From positions 1,798,001 to 1,862,000 of the forward strand of contig MU058000.1 of the NCBI GenBank assembly GCA_013265495.1: a DNA stretch of 64,000 nt. Reading direction: 5' to 3'. Made by a program: the position numbers and the translations under genes. How positions within the stretch are numbered: the first letter of the stretch is position 1; every line of letters starts with the position of its first letter. The stretch comes from Vicugna vicugna (lineage: Eukaryota). The notes beneath the pieces are model-generated. The model saw nothing but the letters and a program-made list of their open reading frames with translations, was not told where the DNA came from and made no database searches. Shown piece after piece: positions 38,480-52,434 of the stretch.

Positions 38480-39320
38480 AAATTAGAGTGCTCGTAGGTA
38501 ACAAGAGCTGCCTTTGATAGAGTTTCATGCCTTGGGGAACATCTGTGGAGGAACCACGCTGAGGGAAGGCTTCAAAGCTGAAGAAATCGGGGAGCTAAAT
38601 CCTGAAGGGTAAGCGCTGTTTATTAACTCAAGGCAGAAATGGAAAAAGGATGAGCTGGACAAAGGGCCTGACAGGTGTTCCCACTCAGAAGCGATTGAGA
38701 GCATCATACTTTTAGAAGGGAATAGAATTTAGAGTGTGCTGAAGGGGAGAGAGAGCAGTTGCAAGTGGAGATACATGAAGCTGGAGGGTGAGCAAGAGTC
38801 AGATCACGAAGGATCTTGTGTCCTATGGTCATGGGCTTTGAATGGATTAGGAGGCTACTAAGGAAACTCTGAAAACTTCCTAGCCAAAGAATGGCCTGAT
38901 CAGGTACACATTTTGAGAAGACGCCTCTGATTTCAGTGTAGGGAATAGATTAAACATAAGGAAGACAAACCAAAGGGCAAGCTGGGGAAGGAGGCCAGGA
39001 AAAGGACAGTGGTCCTCTACAGCAAGGAGGAAGGGACAGATTTATGAAATATTTTGATCAGAATCAACAGGTCTCTGTGATTAATTGGCAGAAGGGCCTG
39101 ACGGAGAGAAAGAAGTCAAAACAGAGAAGTTAGGTGAACGGCAGTAATAATAGGAATGCTGGAGGTGAAAGGAATCTGGGGGCAATTATGACTTATTAGC
39201 TTTTGTAGGTGTTAAATCTTTGAGCTATCCAAGGAGACATGTCTAGAGCTCAGCTGATCTGATTGGAAATCATTAACACATTTATGGAATTTGAACCCAT
39301 AAAACTAGGAGCTATATTAG
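38480..39320 (-). mobile_element. L2 relic
   Basis: agggaaggcttcaaagctgaag...gagtcagatcacgaaggatcttgtg...cagaatcaacaggtctctgtgattaattgg. Confidence 0.75.
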
Positions 39321-40534
39321 GAAGGAAAAAAAAAAAAACAAGAAAAACGAAAAACCAGAGAGGACCTCCAGAGGAGGAAAGAAAAGTAAAGAAAGTAAAG
39401 CCACAAGGAAGAACAAAGAAGAACAACCAGAAATCAGGAGAAGAAGCCACTTAAAGCTTGATCATGGATATAATTCTTTTTCCTTAATTTCAAAAAATGC
39501 AGTTAAAGCCATAGATCTTCAAGAGTTGTTGAAGAATAAAAGAATAAGATGAGTGACAGTGTCCCTGTAGCCAGTGGGAACTCTAAAGGATCTAAAAGTC
39601 CTTACACATATCATCATAGATTTTTGCATTTAATCCTTTTCCCTGCACTCCCTCAGCTCTTTCAAAATATGAAATAGGCAATGAAAATAAAATTCAGATT
39701 TTGTGTTTAGCAACCTGCCTCTGTGGCTTCAAATACTGGCCCTAACAGTCTGAACTAAGATTAAAAAGTCAACCCAGCTCCTGTCAGTCATTAATGGCTA
39801 TGTATCTGTGTACCTGCCCATGGGGCTGGTCACTAGGAAGACCATGATTTAACTTGTAAAGTGGAACAATTAAATCTGGACAGCATCCACGGGGTCATGT
39901 TCCCAGTCTCTTCTCTGCCTTCCAGTGCAGTTTATTTCTTGTTCCTGGAATGCTAATCATGTATTTTTCAGTTCTGCCTTCTCTTGTGGCTGGTGATCAT
40001 TTGGCTCTTGCTAAGCAGAAAAGATTTTCAAATTATCAGGCTCATTTCTTGGCCTCATCTAAGAGTATCTTGAAGTATTTAGGACAGTTGCATGAAAGCA
40101 TGGCGATAGACTAAAAGATTAGTTGTCGTATTCAAATTAGTTGTGATGCCCTGATTTCTGGTACACTTGTTAGACATCCTTTATCTTGCTTAGGGGCACA
40201 AGGGCTGATAATTCAGCAAGGTATGCCAAATACCAGGGACCAAGTTTTCAGTTTATCCATCATTGAGATGCTTTGTAAGGGAGAGCAAGAGCAAGGTCCA
40301 CCAAGTTCACTAGAAGAACTCAGGTTCTTGCTGACGTAGCAGTCATTTCAGTTTCTCATATCAAGGCTACAGATATGTTTTTGTGATTCCCAATTTAGTA
40401 GTAGATCCTTGCCCCATTATTTATACGTCCTCTCTGTATATGTTCTCTCTGTTCTTCTTTCATCTCCTCTTCTCTCCTCTCCCTGCATATCATATTATAT
40501 CATCTATAGCTACTATCACATAGCTTGCTTATTT

Positions 40535-40965
40535 TTCTCTAAACTTCTCAGAATAGTTTCCTGCACTCTGAGCTCCTCCTTCCTTACTTCTCTACAATCC
40601 ACATCTTGCACTCTGGCCTTTGTCTTTGCACTGAAATACTTCTCATTGAGATCAAAATGGCATCTGAATTCTCAAATTCCATGAACTCCATTATCTTCCT
40701 GGACCTGTCCTGCCCGTTAGCCAATGTTCGCCATCCCTTCTCTGCTGTAACTTCTCTTAGAGCTCATACTCCACTCTGAGCTCTGCTTATTCCTGAGCAT
40801 CCCTTCCTCTCCCTACTTAGACAAGCATCCCACACTGTTCAGTTATCAGCCTAGTGTTTTCCTCCTGCTCTGGAGTTTCAATCCTCTTATATCATATCAA
40901 GTATTAACAATAATACATAAACTCCCAAATCTAAATACTAAGTGGAGACATCCACCATGGATTTA
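40535..40965 (+). mobile_element. L2 fragment
   Basis: Pyrimidine-rich L2-like sequence (actctggcctttgtc...cttcctggacctgtc...aactcccaaatcta). Confidence 0.55.
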
Positions 40966-42954
40966 GACCCTTATTGTGTTACACGCAAAACATACACACT
41001 TTGTATGAACACAGCAACACGTCTTCATGTGGTAAAATACAGCTTTTATCTTAATGCAGTGAGTTTGTTGTCTTATTGAATGCTCCTCATTTCAGCTCAC
41101 TAATTGGGCTGTGTTATTTAACCTTGCCTTTGCTCTTACTACAAAGAAATCTCTCAAAAATTAGTAAACAAAACATTTTAAGGAGAACTTTGCCCCTTCC
41201 TCCTCTGTGACTCGCTAGTTTCTTTCATACATCAGATTTGCTTTATGCTGAATTTTTGAAAATCTTTAAGATCATCATTTTAGCACTCTTCCATAGGACT
41301 GTGAATTCCTTTTGTGGCTGTGGCTCACCAATAACTTTTTTCATTTCTTGAAATGGTGACACTGTAACCTACCAGCAGACCAGGTATTCCCAGGGATAAC
41401 ATGCTGTGGGGTTGAAGAACATTAGAAACAGCCAAAGATGACTTTCAATTTGGCTATGCCACTGCCGGTGGCATATTTGAAACTTGATATTTGATAAACT
41501 GCTTAGAATAAATTGAGGATGTTGTTAAGAAAATATGAAACATGTTTGTAAAATGTTAAGCAGTGTGCTTAGATGGATAGCTGACAATTACTGAGGTTTT
41601 TTGTTTGTTTTTTGCTTTTTGTTGTTGTTATTATTATTATATTTAGGTCCATGTCCTCGTTAGTAAAACTAGATTTTTACTGATTTTTTTTATACTGTTG
41701 TGTTATCCTTTTTTAAAAATTGAGTGTGTCTGTGTGTGGGTGTTTCCATGGTTGCGTGTGGATGGGGAGAGGTTGGGAGTATCATGATAAGACAGTGGCC
41801 TCTATCTGTGCAACAAATAAAAGCTAACGCTGGGATTGGGACTAAGCGTGGCCTTCTTCATTGCTCGTTCTAATAAGTGGGCAGATACCTGCATTGAAAC
41901 AGCCTTGTCATCATGTATCCACATCACCAAATACACCAGATAACAGGGGAAACTGAGGGACGTGTGCATTCATATCAGTTAACATGTTTGTGAAGGTGTA
42001 AACTTCAAATCTCATTATTTGCATCTTGTCTCTCTCTGGCTTTAAACTGGAGGTGAATGTTAGATAGTCTGTCTTCCTTTCTCTCTATCAGGTTCTACGA
42101 AGACGCATTGACATGAAACAAAGTGTGAATGGCCCATTACTGGCAAAAGGAGCAGGACTGCAAACATAAAAGTTATGTGTCTCCATGACTTAGGCTTACT
42201 TCTCAGGCAGAATATAAAAGATTTAAGTCATAAATGTTAACAGTGATAACTCACAGGCTGTGTTTTCTGGGTGACGCTAGACTAGACACTTGAAAAAGAG
42301 AGTGACTTGGAAGCTATGCTGTTCTGTAAGCTCGTGGTAGTCTGGCAATCAAAATAAAATTCCTTGTCGGACCCAACAAATCCCAGGGACACAGCGGCAG
42401 CACTGAAACCAGGTTTCTCTGAATCACTGCAGAGAAGAACAGAGCCCTTATGAAAACCTCATCATTCCATTAACTCACCTTTTATTTTCAAAGACTATTG
42501 CAATTTTCTTTTTATTACTGAGCACCAAAATATAAGAGTAAGTAAATATATGGAAATAAATCAAATGTCTCCCCTATCACGTTCAACTCTGGAGTAAACG
42601 TTGTTTGTAGCTAAACCCTCTCACCAGGACATAAGCAGAAGCATCGTCGGCCGTTTGGCAGAGCTGCTCTGTCTTCCTCCTGCCTGTCCTCTGTCTTCCC
42701 TGACACAGCCCTCTAGACTACTGAAGATGTGATTTCATTTTTCAACTTCTTTGTTCTTTGTTCACTTCATTTAATAACTTACTTGCTACACTCGGTTAGT
42801 TTTTTGTGTGAAGGTTAATGTTTAGAGCGGTGTTTTGCAATGCTTTACCGTGGTATGACATTTACAGACACCACTAGTGGTTTATATCTGAAATAACCAA
42901 AATAATTGCATAGTTTTTGTGTTTATTTGTTTTGTTTTGTTTTGTTTTGCTTTT

Positions 42955-43185
42955 TTAGAGCACACGCTTTGGCTTTGAACTGACCAAAATTTAAACCTCA
43001 GTTCTACCAGTCAGTCAAAGCCAGTCAACTAGTAAGTTACATAATCTTTATAAACCTGAATTCTCTGAACTGTCATGTAGAAAAAAATTATATGTCTTTT
43101 CAAGATCATTTTAAGTAATTAAGTGAGATGATCATTATTAAGTGCTTAGCACAGAAACTTGGTTAAAGTATGTCCTAAATATAGT
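42955..43185 (+). mobile_element. MIR
   Basis: ttagagcacacgctttgg...agtaagttacataatcttt...aagtgcttagcacag. Confidence 0.7.
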
Positions 43186-43476
43186 ATAATATTATCGAAT
43201 CATATTGTTTTAATTCACTAAAATTTATTTTGAGTTTGTTATCAAAGAAGAAAAAAGCATAGGGAAGCATAAGCACCAACCAGATATCAGAATAATGTTA
43301 TAGGAATAGCACGGGGACAGGAGTCAGACCATCTGGGTTCTATTTATAATTTTTTTTTATTTATAATTTTACCACTTACATATTTGCTAATCTTAAACAA
43401 ATTATTTTAACTCTGTCTGTAACACTGAAAATAATGTTGAATTTTCTAAGGCATCTGAAGAATATAGAAGATAAAG

Positions 43477-44003
43477 TGTTACCAAGTCAAAGCTCATACT
43501 GGTCCCCACACAACAGGCCAATAAGTTGAGAGACAAGGTGCTGGGGCAAGGAATAGCTACTTTATTTGAAAAGCCAGCAGACTGAGAAGACTGTAGACTA
43601 GTGTCCCAAGGAACCATCTTACCAGAGTTAGAATTCAGGCTTCTTTTATACTAAAAAGGAGGGAGTGTGCTCGTGGTTACAAACTTCTTGGTGCAGGAAT
43701 CCTTTGTTCTTGCAGCTGTCTTCATAGGTCTGGTCATAATGTTCCTGTAAACTTCCAACATGACAATTGTTATTGTCTGCTCTGCAACTTTTTATCTCTA
43801 TGTGAATGGCAAGTGTCATACCTTTTAAGGTCAAGCTGGGAGGCAAAGCCTTGAGAATGGGCTGTCGTGTATATTTCACGCTAGTTAGGCAATATTCTTT
43901 CACTAAGGAGCAGAGGCAGCATGACTAAGCACGGGCAACACAGCACAAAGGTTAGAGCTAAAGGAAGAGATCTGATATAGAAGCAGGTTTGTTCTCTGTT
44001 ACA
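43477..44003 (-). mobile_element. Complete ERV1 solo LTR (resembles artiodactyl MER41-like LTRs)
   Basis: TGTTAC...GTTACA termini with a perfect 4-bp TSD AAAG (43473-43476, 44004-44007). Minus-strand AATAAA at 43561-43566 and TATAAAA at about 43644-43650. Confidence 0.9.
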
Positions 44004-47000
44004 AAAGCGTCTAACCATTTGTCTTCTACCCCTGAGTAAAGAGATTTATAAATACATATATGGGTTGATGCTCTTCCCAGTGGGCCCTGTGTAGACAAGA
44101 ACTACGTAGTGAGAATTCCCTACTTGGGCACCAGCAGTGATGAACTCTCCAAAGGGAGCTTAACTAGGTTCTTTCGCTGCTAAATAAATCAACTTCAAAG
44201 AAGCTCTCTTATCTATAATAGCAACCCCGTCAATGAAGAGTTTGAAGTCAGGAATCTGATTTATTTTTTGTCCTCAACACCTATCACAGTGCCTAACTGT
44301 TATAGAAGCTTCACGGACATTTCCCAATGAATGCATAGATTGACAAATTGCTCTCCTGCTAACTTGGCAGGTACACTTTCTGGATTTCTGTATTAAGAAA
44401 AATTTATGATGATCTCTTTCTCTGTCATGCATGCTCACACTCTTGCTCTCATTCTCTTTCACGTAAGCCTCTTCGGAACTTTGATCAAAACAAAGGAGGT
44501 TCTGTAGAGTAATATCAGACCATGGTTCTAGACCTCACCCTGTCATGAATTAACTTAAAAATCAAGATAAGTAAACCCATCTAGACGTCATGTGAAAATC
44601 AGAGGTTGAACTATATCCTAAGGCTGTTTCAGCTCCCAAATGATGTCATAGCTCATATTTCGTGGCAAGAGTTAAAAGTTTACTTTGTGGTTCCAGAACA
44701 AAGGTAGGTAGTCCACCCAGAAGCCAAACTCTTAATTAACCTCAATGTGCCAAGCCTTAAACTTCTGAGATAACGAGTCCTGCTCAAGCATTGACTTTGG
44801 ACAGCGAATATCCAGAGTAAAGTCATCAATTCTTCTGTCTTCAGTTCTGTGTTCTACATGTGTTTATATTCTTTCTCAGAGAATGATGTTGCTTTTCTTC
44901 TTTTCATTGTGATGAACAGTAGGAGCAGAGGAAATAATGAGTACTTTCCTCGAGAAACTTGTCTCTGCTGTTTGGGGAGTGTGGATATTTTTAGCTATTC
45001 ATTCTTCTGAAAGTTGAGTGTAGAACATGAAAGGTTGAGAATTTATAGAAAATCATCTGCCCTTGTCTGAGAAATCTGTGCATCATAATGCTTTTCAGCC
45101 ACCAGTAGTGAGCCAATTCCTCTCTTGCTCCTCAGAACCTTCCCTGTGTTATTTTAAAAAAGTAGTTTGTTATAAATAAAAGTAAAGACTTAACAATAGA
45201 ACATGCAATTAAAATTAAAAGATACCAGAATCCAAAAAAGACCTAATTAATTTAAAAAATAAAAAAGCCAATGCTCACTTCAATGGTTTGAAATAAGCTC
45301 TCACAAATGGACAAAAAAGATATTTCTGTTTAAAATCTTTAGTGATGCACAAGAATTTGTTAATTATAAGATTATTTTTGCTTAAGAAAGGCCAAGAAAC
45401 ACCTCTCAATTATATCATTTTGTTGACTTCCAGCTGTAAGTTTTCATCCAAAGTTTATAAATTAGGAAGGAAGACTGGATTAAAAAATGTGTTCATGGTT
45501 TTATTCTTTTACACCACCACCAGAATGAAAAAAAGAAAAAAAAATCCCCATGTCTGATCATCTCTTTTCATTTGACTGTGCAGTCCATGCACATCTATGT
45601 GGCAGTTTGCATTTGTAGGAGACAGCGCCCATTACTCTGTATAATAAACCCATCTGGTAACACAGACCATAGGAATATAAGTGTAAGAAAATAAAATGCT
45701 GTGACACTGTGAAATAATTCAAACTCTTGATAGTATCCCTAATAATAATAACACAGAACCAACAGATATTTATGCACAACTTTTCATTTAAATAAAGATG
45801 CCCTATATGCCTAATTTTTACAAAGATGTTGAAGCTAGATTATACTCATCTATTTTTTCCCTGAGAAATAATTTTCTGAGATAGGAATTATTAACCTCAT
45901 AATTTTATTTTGTTGTGTTTTAAATTAGGCACTACCCTTACATTGCCTGATAGAATTGACAAATTTAAAACAGGTACATTGTTTTAAAAGCATAGTTTAA
46001 TTTTAAAAATTAAAAATCATAGCCTGGAATATTTTGCTTAAAATGTTGATAATGTGTATATCATTAGAAGTGTAACTTTCCTTTTAAATAAAATATCTGC
46101 ACAGTGTTTCCAAAAGTGAATCATGAATCCCTAGTAGTATCTTTTACAGTTGTCTGCATTGTGGCTATTATTTCATCTTGATTTAGTTGTTTGACCTACA
46201 ATATTTTAGAAGAATACATAACCATTTAATTTACACACTAGACAAGGTTTCTTTTTTAACCAGTAAGTATATACTAATTGGTGGCAGAAGAAATGTAAGT
46301 TCAATGGTCAAAAATTTAAAGAGATTTTAAGAAAGGTTAAACTAACTATTTTATGTCTCCTGGGACTCTGTGACCAGCAGAACAAGTAGAAAGTGATGAT
46401 CTGTGGATTTTGGAATTATAAAAGGATTTTTTTTTTATTATTGAAGTATAGCCAATTTCTTGAAGTTTTTTTAAATTCAAGATCCCTTAAATGTTTTTTC
46501 AAGTATTGAGTACCACTGTAATAGTCACTTTTGACTTTAAGTTAGGGATACACGAAAAAGTAAATAATTTACATTTTTATTTTTAATTTAAAATAATAAT
46601 TAATGCACATCCCTATTACCAAGCCTGGGTATCTCCATTTGGGAAACTGTGTTTTCCAAGTAATAGCAATTTATATAAAATATACTCAGAAAGAAGGTGC
46701 TAAATATAAAATGTACAGTCTGTGGTCTGAGATCATCATTAACAGAATGTGTGTGAACATGAAAAACTTAAATGTCCCTGAGGGGCTTCAAAATGCTAAA
46801 TAAAACATTCTAGCATGGTTGCATTTTATAACTCTAATATTCAAGTCAATTGCATCCATATAAAATTAACCTGCACAATATTTTCATGTTCACTCTGTAA
46901 TTAAAGGGATAATCAAATTTCACCTTTAGCTGTAGTCTTAAGGGTTGTTCTTAAATCACATAAGCCTTCTTAATAGAAACAACACAATATGGCATACAAA

Positions 47001-47332
47001 TGATATTTTATTTATAGCATATCAATCTGAAATCAGATGCAATTAAAAGAGTTAGTTAGATATCTCTATATTTTTTCAAATTAGTTTCTGGAGGTTTTTC
47101 GTGTAGTATTGGTATCTTGTGGCCAGTTTCTCTAATTTTGTTCTGCATTATCTGACTCTTATAGTAAAAAGGTTATTGTTAGGCACAGATCATGCTCATA
47201 CATTTCTGAAACGATATGGAATCCATGTTCAGAAATCTAACATGGAAACAGCCCTCTTTTGCATCATTATTTTTTGTGGAGTCAGGGCCTTTTATATTTA
47301 TAAATAACAAAAAAATTAGTTTGAGCCAATAG

Positions 47333-47370
<38 letters not shown>
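47333..47370. repeat. (TGA)n trinucleotide microsatellite
   Basis: About 12 perfect units at the end of a minus-strand MIR-like remnant. Confidence 0.95.
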
Positions 47371-48529
47371 TTGTTCAGTGATGGTGCTGCTGATAATTTT
47401 CAAGGTAACCCCTACTATGTGTTGGTGCTCTAAAGTGCACTTTAAATAAAAGATTTCTAACCATTGAAACAACTATGCAAGATAGAAATTATCCTCTAAG
47501 TTATGAATGAGGAAACTAACACTGAGAAATAATAAATGTACTCTCCAAGACCGGCAACAGGAGAAAAATAGCTAGCTCCAAATCTAGACTTTATATGATG
47601 AATTAGTCAGATAGAACAATATAAGATAACTAAAACAGTCAAGAGAAATAGAACTGGATTTGCGTGAAGTTATCAGTTCCCTCAATGTTGTATGTTTGAA
47701 CAGAGCTGAGCTCAGTAATGAAGTAAAGACTGAATCAGTGACATATAAATGCAAAGACAGCATCACAGAATAATTTTGCTTACTTATGGAAAATTCAAAA
47801 CATGACTAAGAAAAGCTTACTTAAAAGAGTATTTTTAAAACATTCATTATTGAAATAAATAGTCCATCTGTAATGATGCCAAACTTTTGTGGACAGTTTT
47901 CAAGTCAGATTGTTAATAAAATTACAGATACACATATGAATAAGATGGAAATTATTACAAAAACTAAAGATATAATTATAAATAACATAGAAATATTTTA
48001 CATATTTGGAAGAAAATGTTGGATATCTCTTCTAAGCTTAACTTGATTGCATTCTTGGGGAAAAAATGTTTTACATCACTGCAGATGTTCTCAGTTGAGA
48101 TAATTCTCTCATGAAACATTATTTCAGCCATTTAACTGATACAGTATGAAACCTGAGAAGAAGTTGAATGGACTTGCTTTGTGAAATTTAAAACTACAAA
48201 CAAATTTAAATCTATATATCCTGCTAGTCATGTGCTTTGGAATTTGTCATCCTATCCCACTGGAGGTATAAACCTAGAGTTAGAAAATTGCTGCTTATTA
48301 CTGATGAATTTACCTTTTTTTTTCACCTTGAAATATTTACATGTAAAATTTAAGAAAAATGTTGATACAGAGGTATGTTAATCTTCAGTGGCATTGAATT
48401 AAATTCTCATTGCATGTTTTTGTACATTTAGGACAAGCAGATTTACAACATATCCCTATATTGAGTGGTAGCAGAGCATCAATGTGAAGAGCAGGTTTTC
48501 TGTAGCAAGACAACCTATGTACCTGCTGA

Positions 48530-48715
48530 AGATCTCTTTCCTCTGCTAGCTCTGTGATCTTGGGCAAGGTACTTCATCACTCTGTGCCTAAGTCTCATCT
48601 ATGGAATGAAAATAATCTAATCATTTCCTCATAGGTTTGTTGTGCTGATTAAATTAATTGTATAAATAAGGTGCTCTGAACAGTGCTTGGCACACACAAA
48701 TCTGTTGTTATTATA
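48530..48715 (+). mobile_element. MIR
   Basis: ctctgtgatcttgggcaaggtacttcatcactctgtgcctaagtctcatct...gaacagtgcttggcacaca. Confidence 0.85.
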
Positions 48716-50274
48716 ATCATCTTGCTCAGTCTCATGGTTTTAGTATACATGCCTGAGTTGTGGAAAACCTGGGTAACACTGAGTCATTATGAGTCTCAGT
48801 CAATATCTAGCCAGCAAAGTGATTGTAGAATAATTGTTGTACATAAAAGTGAACAAGATGTGAAAGGCAATTGTTGGAACTGGCTGAATGAGAACAACAG
48901 GTGAAGAAGGAGAAATTTTCAACAGAGGGAGAGAGGTATGGTCACCCAAAAGGGGAAGAGAGGCATGCTGTCAATGTCCATTTGCCCCATGGTTCCCATG
49001 AAGAGTGAAAGGAGCATTGCTAATCAGGAAGAAGTTCAGAAGACTCTACAGCTCAGTAGTTCTTCTCCAAGCCTGTGCAGGGTGCAGAAGATCCTAACAT
49101 TTGCATAATTCTGAGGCTCAAAGTGTAAGAGTTGTTCAAAACACTGCAGTCTTATTCATGTATTTATTTTATGTAAAAGAATAATTGGTGATGAAAATGA
49201 TAATCATGTTTAAGGTAGCAGATGCTCAAGGTGAAAAAATAATTTTAAATGTCTAAAATTATATAAACATAAAAAGTAAGAGTTATTGTTGGTGCTGCAA
49301 ACCATCCACTGTTATTTCTGTAACCAGTATGAAGTGTGTAGCCACAAAGCTTTTTAGTGGAGTATATATATGCATAGACATTAACCAGATGGGATACTGG
49401 TATTGGATTATCTCTGCCTCCGTTTCAGATGAGTTGCTCATACACTAGAAATTAAGATGTGGAAGTTAATAGGAAACAACCCCAAACACTACCACATATA
49501 TATGAAATTTATTACAAAACATGTGGAGAGCAATTTATGACTTCTGAACCCTGTAATTCACTTAGAGAATATAGAAAGATTGAGAAAGTGGAAAGAGTAT
49601 TGTCAAGATGTTAGAAAAGAGATGACCTTGGCAATAATGGACCAACAGGTGAGAGAATCAGCTTGGGGTTGCTTAGGGCCCTATAAAACTGAGCTTGCCT
49701 GAGAGGCACGGTAACTCCAGATAAACACGGCAAGAGTATCACATGATGTTCAGGGCCTGAGGAGGGGTCAGCGTGAACCGTCTTTCAGGCCCACAGTGCT
49801 CTGTATCTCACTCAACTCATCCATCCCATTTCAACTTCCCCACCACATCTCAGAAAGGAAGGAGCAGGGGGGAAGCGGAGCAGGGGGATAGTATCGATCC
49901 TGCAGGATCCCATCCTTCCTCTCCATTGCTGACTTCCAGAATGAAGTAGGTTCTAACTGGGGGAGAAGGGAAAAGTTTAACACGTGTCAAGCTAGGAATT
50001 TCCATCAACATCTTGGCTGATTAAAAATGATTGTAGTGTCTGCATTACCCACAAGTAAGCAGAGAAGGTACAGATTTACAGAGTACTCAAAGAACTGGGG
50101 AACCTAACATTCTCAGAATACATTTTAAAGGAAGAGTAGGGAATATATATTAAAAATCTATTTTTAAACACAAATGCGATCACAATACATTCAATACCTT
50201 TACTTCCCCAAGTTTTTTTCTTTTATTACCCTATTTATTCATAAGATTATCTTTTTATATCAGCACATGTAGAT

Positions 50275-51450
50275 AATTCTACAATCTCTTTCAGAGGATG
50301 GAAGCAAATGGAATTCTTTCTAACTCATTCTATATCAAAAGCAGACAAACACATTACAATAAAAGAAAACTACAAACCAATATCTCTCATGTACATAGAT
50401 GCAAACATTCTAAACAAATATTAGCAAATTGGATCAAACAATGTATAAAACAATATACACCATGACAAAATGGGATTTATCCAAGTATGTGAGGCCAGTT
50501 CAACATTTGAAAATGAATTCATGCAATCCACAGCATCAACTTACTAAAGAAGAAAAATATGATCATATCCATAGACACAGAAAATTTTGCCAAAATCCAA
50601 TATCCACAAAAGATAAAAATAAAAACTTTCAGTAAACTTGGAATAGACAAGAACAGACTTAATAAAGAATTTCTACAAATAACCAACAATTAACATCATA
50701 TTTAATGGTGATAAACTCAAAGTTCTCCCATTAATCAGGTACAAGGCAAAAATACATTCCCTCTTACTACTCATTTTGAAGATCATACTGGAAGTTCTAG
50801 CTAATCCAATAATACAAGAAGAGGAAATAAAAGGTACAGAGATTGGAAATTAAAAAATACAACTGTTTTTGTTCACAGAAAATCTTAAAAAATTGACAAA
50901 TAAACTCATGGAACTAATAAGCTATTAGAGCAAAGCTGCAGGATACAAAGTTAATATGCAAAAGTCAGTTGCTTCCCATACATACATACCAACAATGAAC
51001 AGGTGGAATTTGAAATTAAATATACAATACCACTTTCAATAGCAAACCCTCCCCCCCAAATAAAACACTTAGATACAATTCTAACAAAATATGTACAAGA
51101 AAAACTTTCTTTAAGAGGAAAATTACAAAAGTCTGATAAATAAAATTAAAGAAAAATAAAATAAATGAAGAGATATTCCATATTTATGGCTGGTAAGACT
51201 CAATACTGTCAAGATGTTGGTTCTTCCCATCTTGATTTATAGGACCAACACAATCCCAATCAAACTCCCAGCAAGTCATTTCATGGATATTGACAGACTG
51301 TTTCTAAAGTTTCTGTGGAAGAACAAAAGACCCAGAACAACATACACAATATTAAAGGAGAAGAACAACGTTGGAGGACTGATGTTACCCAAATATTGAT
51401 GTTACCCAAATTCAAGATTTACTAAGACACTACAGTAATCAAGATAGTTA
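50275..51450 (+). mobile_element. Old L1 ORF2 (RT-region) fragment
   Basis: aaagaaaactacaaaccaatatctctcatg, ggtacaaggcaa and gttctagctaatccaataatacaagaa are decayed RT-domain motifs. Confidence 0.9.
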
Positions 51451-51456
51451 CATATT

Positions 51457-52350
51457 ATTTACCATCACATCAAAAAAAAAAAAAAAACCTACGAAAAATA
51501 AACCTACCTAAGGAGGCAAAAGACCTGTACTCTAAAAACTATATGATACTGATGAAAGAATTTGAAGACAATACAAATAAATGGAAAGATATACTGTGTC
51601 CTTGACTTGGAAAAATCAATATTGTTAAAATCATAATACTACCAAGGCAATCTACAGATTCAGTGCATTCCCTATTGAATTACTAATGACATTTTTCACA
51701 GAACTAGAACAAATCATTTTAAACTTTGTATGGAAACACAAAAGACCTCAAATAACCAAAACAATCTTGAGAAAAAAGGACGGAGCTGGAAGAACACAGT
51801 CCCCGACTTCAGACTATACTACCCTGACTTCAGTAGTCGAAACAGCATGATACTGGCACAAAAACAGATACAGAGACCAATGGAGCAGGACAGAGAGCCC
51901 AGAAATAACCCACACACTTGTGGTCAATTAATCTACGACAAAGGAGGCAAAAATATACAATGGAGAAGAGACAGTCTCTTCAATCAGTGGTGCTGGGGAA
52001 ACTGGACAGCTACATGTGAAAGAATGAAATTAGAACATTCTCTAATACAGTATACAAAAATAAACTCATAATGGATTAAAGACCTAAATGTAAGCCTGGA
52101 TATTCTAAACCTCCTAGAGGAAAACAGGCAGAACACTCTGACAAAAATCACAGCAATATTTTTTTGGATACATCTCTTGAGAGTATTGGAAATAAAAACC
52201 AAAAATAAGCAAATAAGACCTAATTAAACTTAAAAGCTTTTGCACTGCAAAGAAAACCATAAACAAAATGAAAAGAAAACTTATGGACTAAGAGAATATA
52301 TTTTCAAATGATGTCACCAACAAGGGAATAATTTTCAGCATACACAAACA
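51457..52350 (+). mobile_element. Internal ORF2 fragment of a younger L1 (no 3' UTR or poly(A))
   Basis: Less decayed ORF2 (GQLIYDKGGKNIQWRRDSLFNQWCWGNWTATC). It restarts upstream of where the preceding L1 stops and ends abruptly. Confidence 0.9.
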
Positions 52351-52434
52351 GCCCCTTTTCATTGGATAATTCAAAGGTAGCTATCATCTTGACTCTAACA
52401 TGACCTGATTGCCCTTCAGAGAATTTGAACTATA

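Noticed and set aside
42065..42200. Strong + strand splice acceptor (ctttctctctatcag)
   Set aside because: No convincing donor or reading frame. Isolated splice-like motifs are common.
47179..47472. Poly-His ORF
   Set aside because: Translation of the (TGA)n microsatellite.
49440..50150. Possible ancient unclassified repeat or LTR
   Set aside because: The composition is suggestive, but I cannot identify termini or family.
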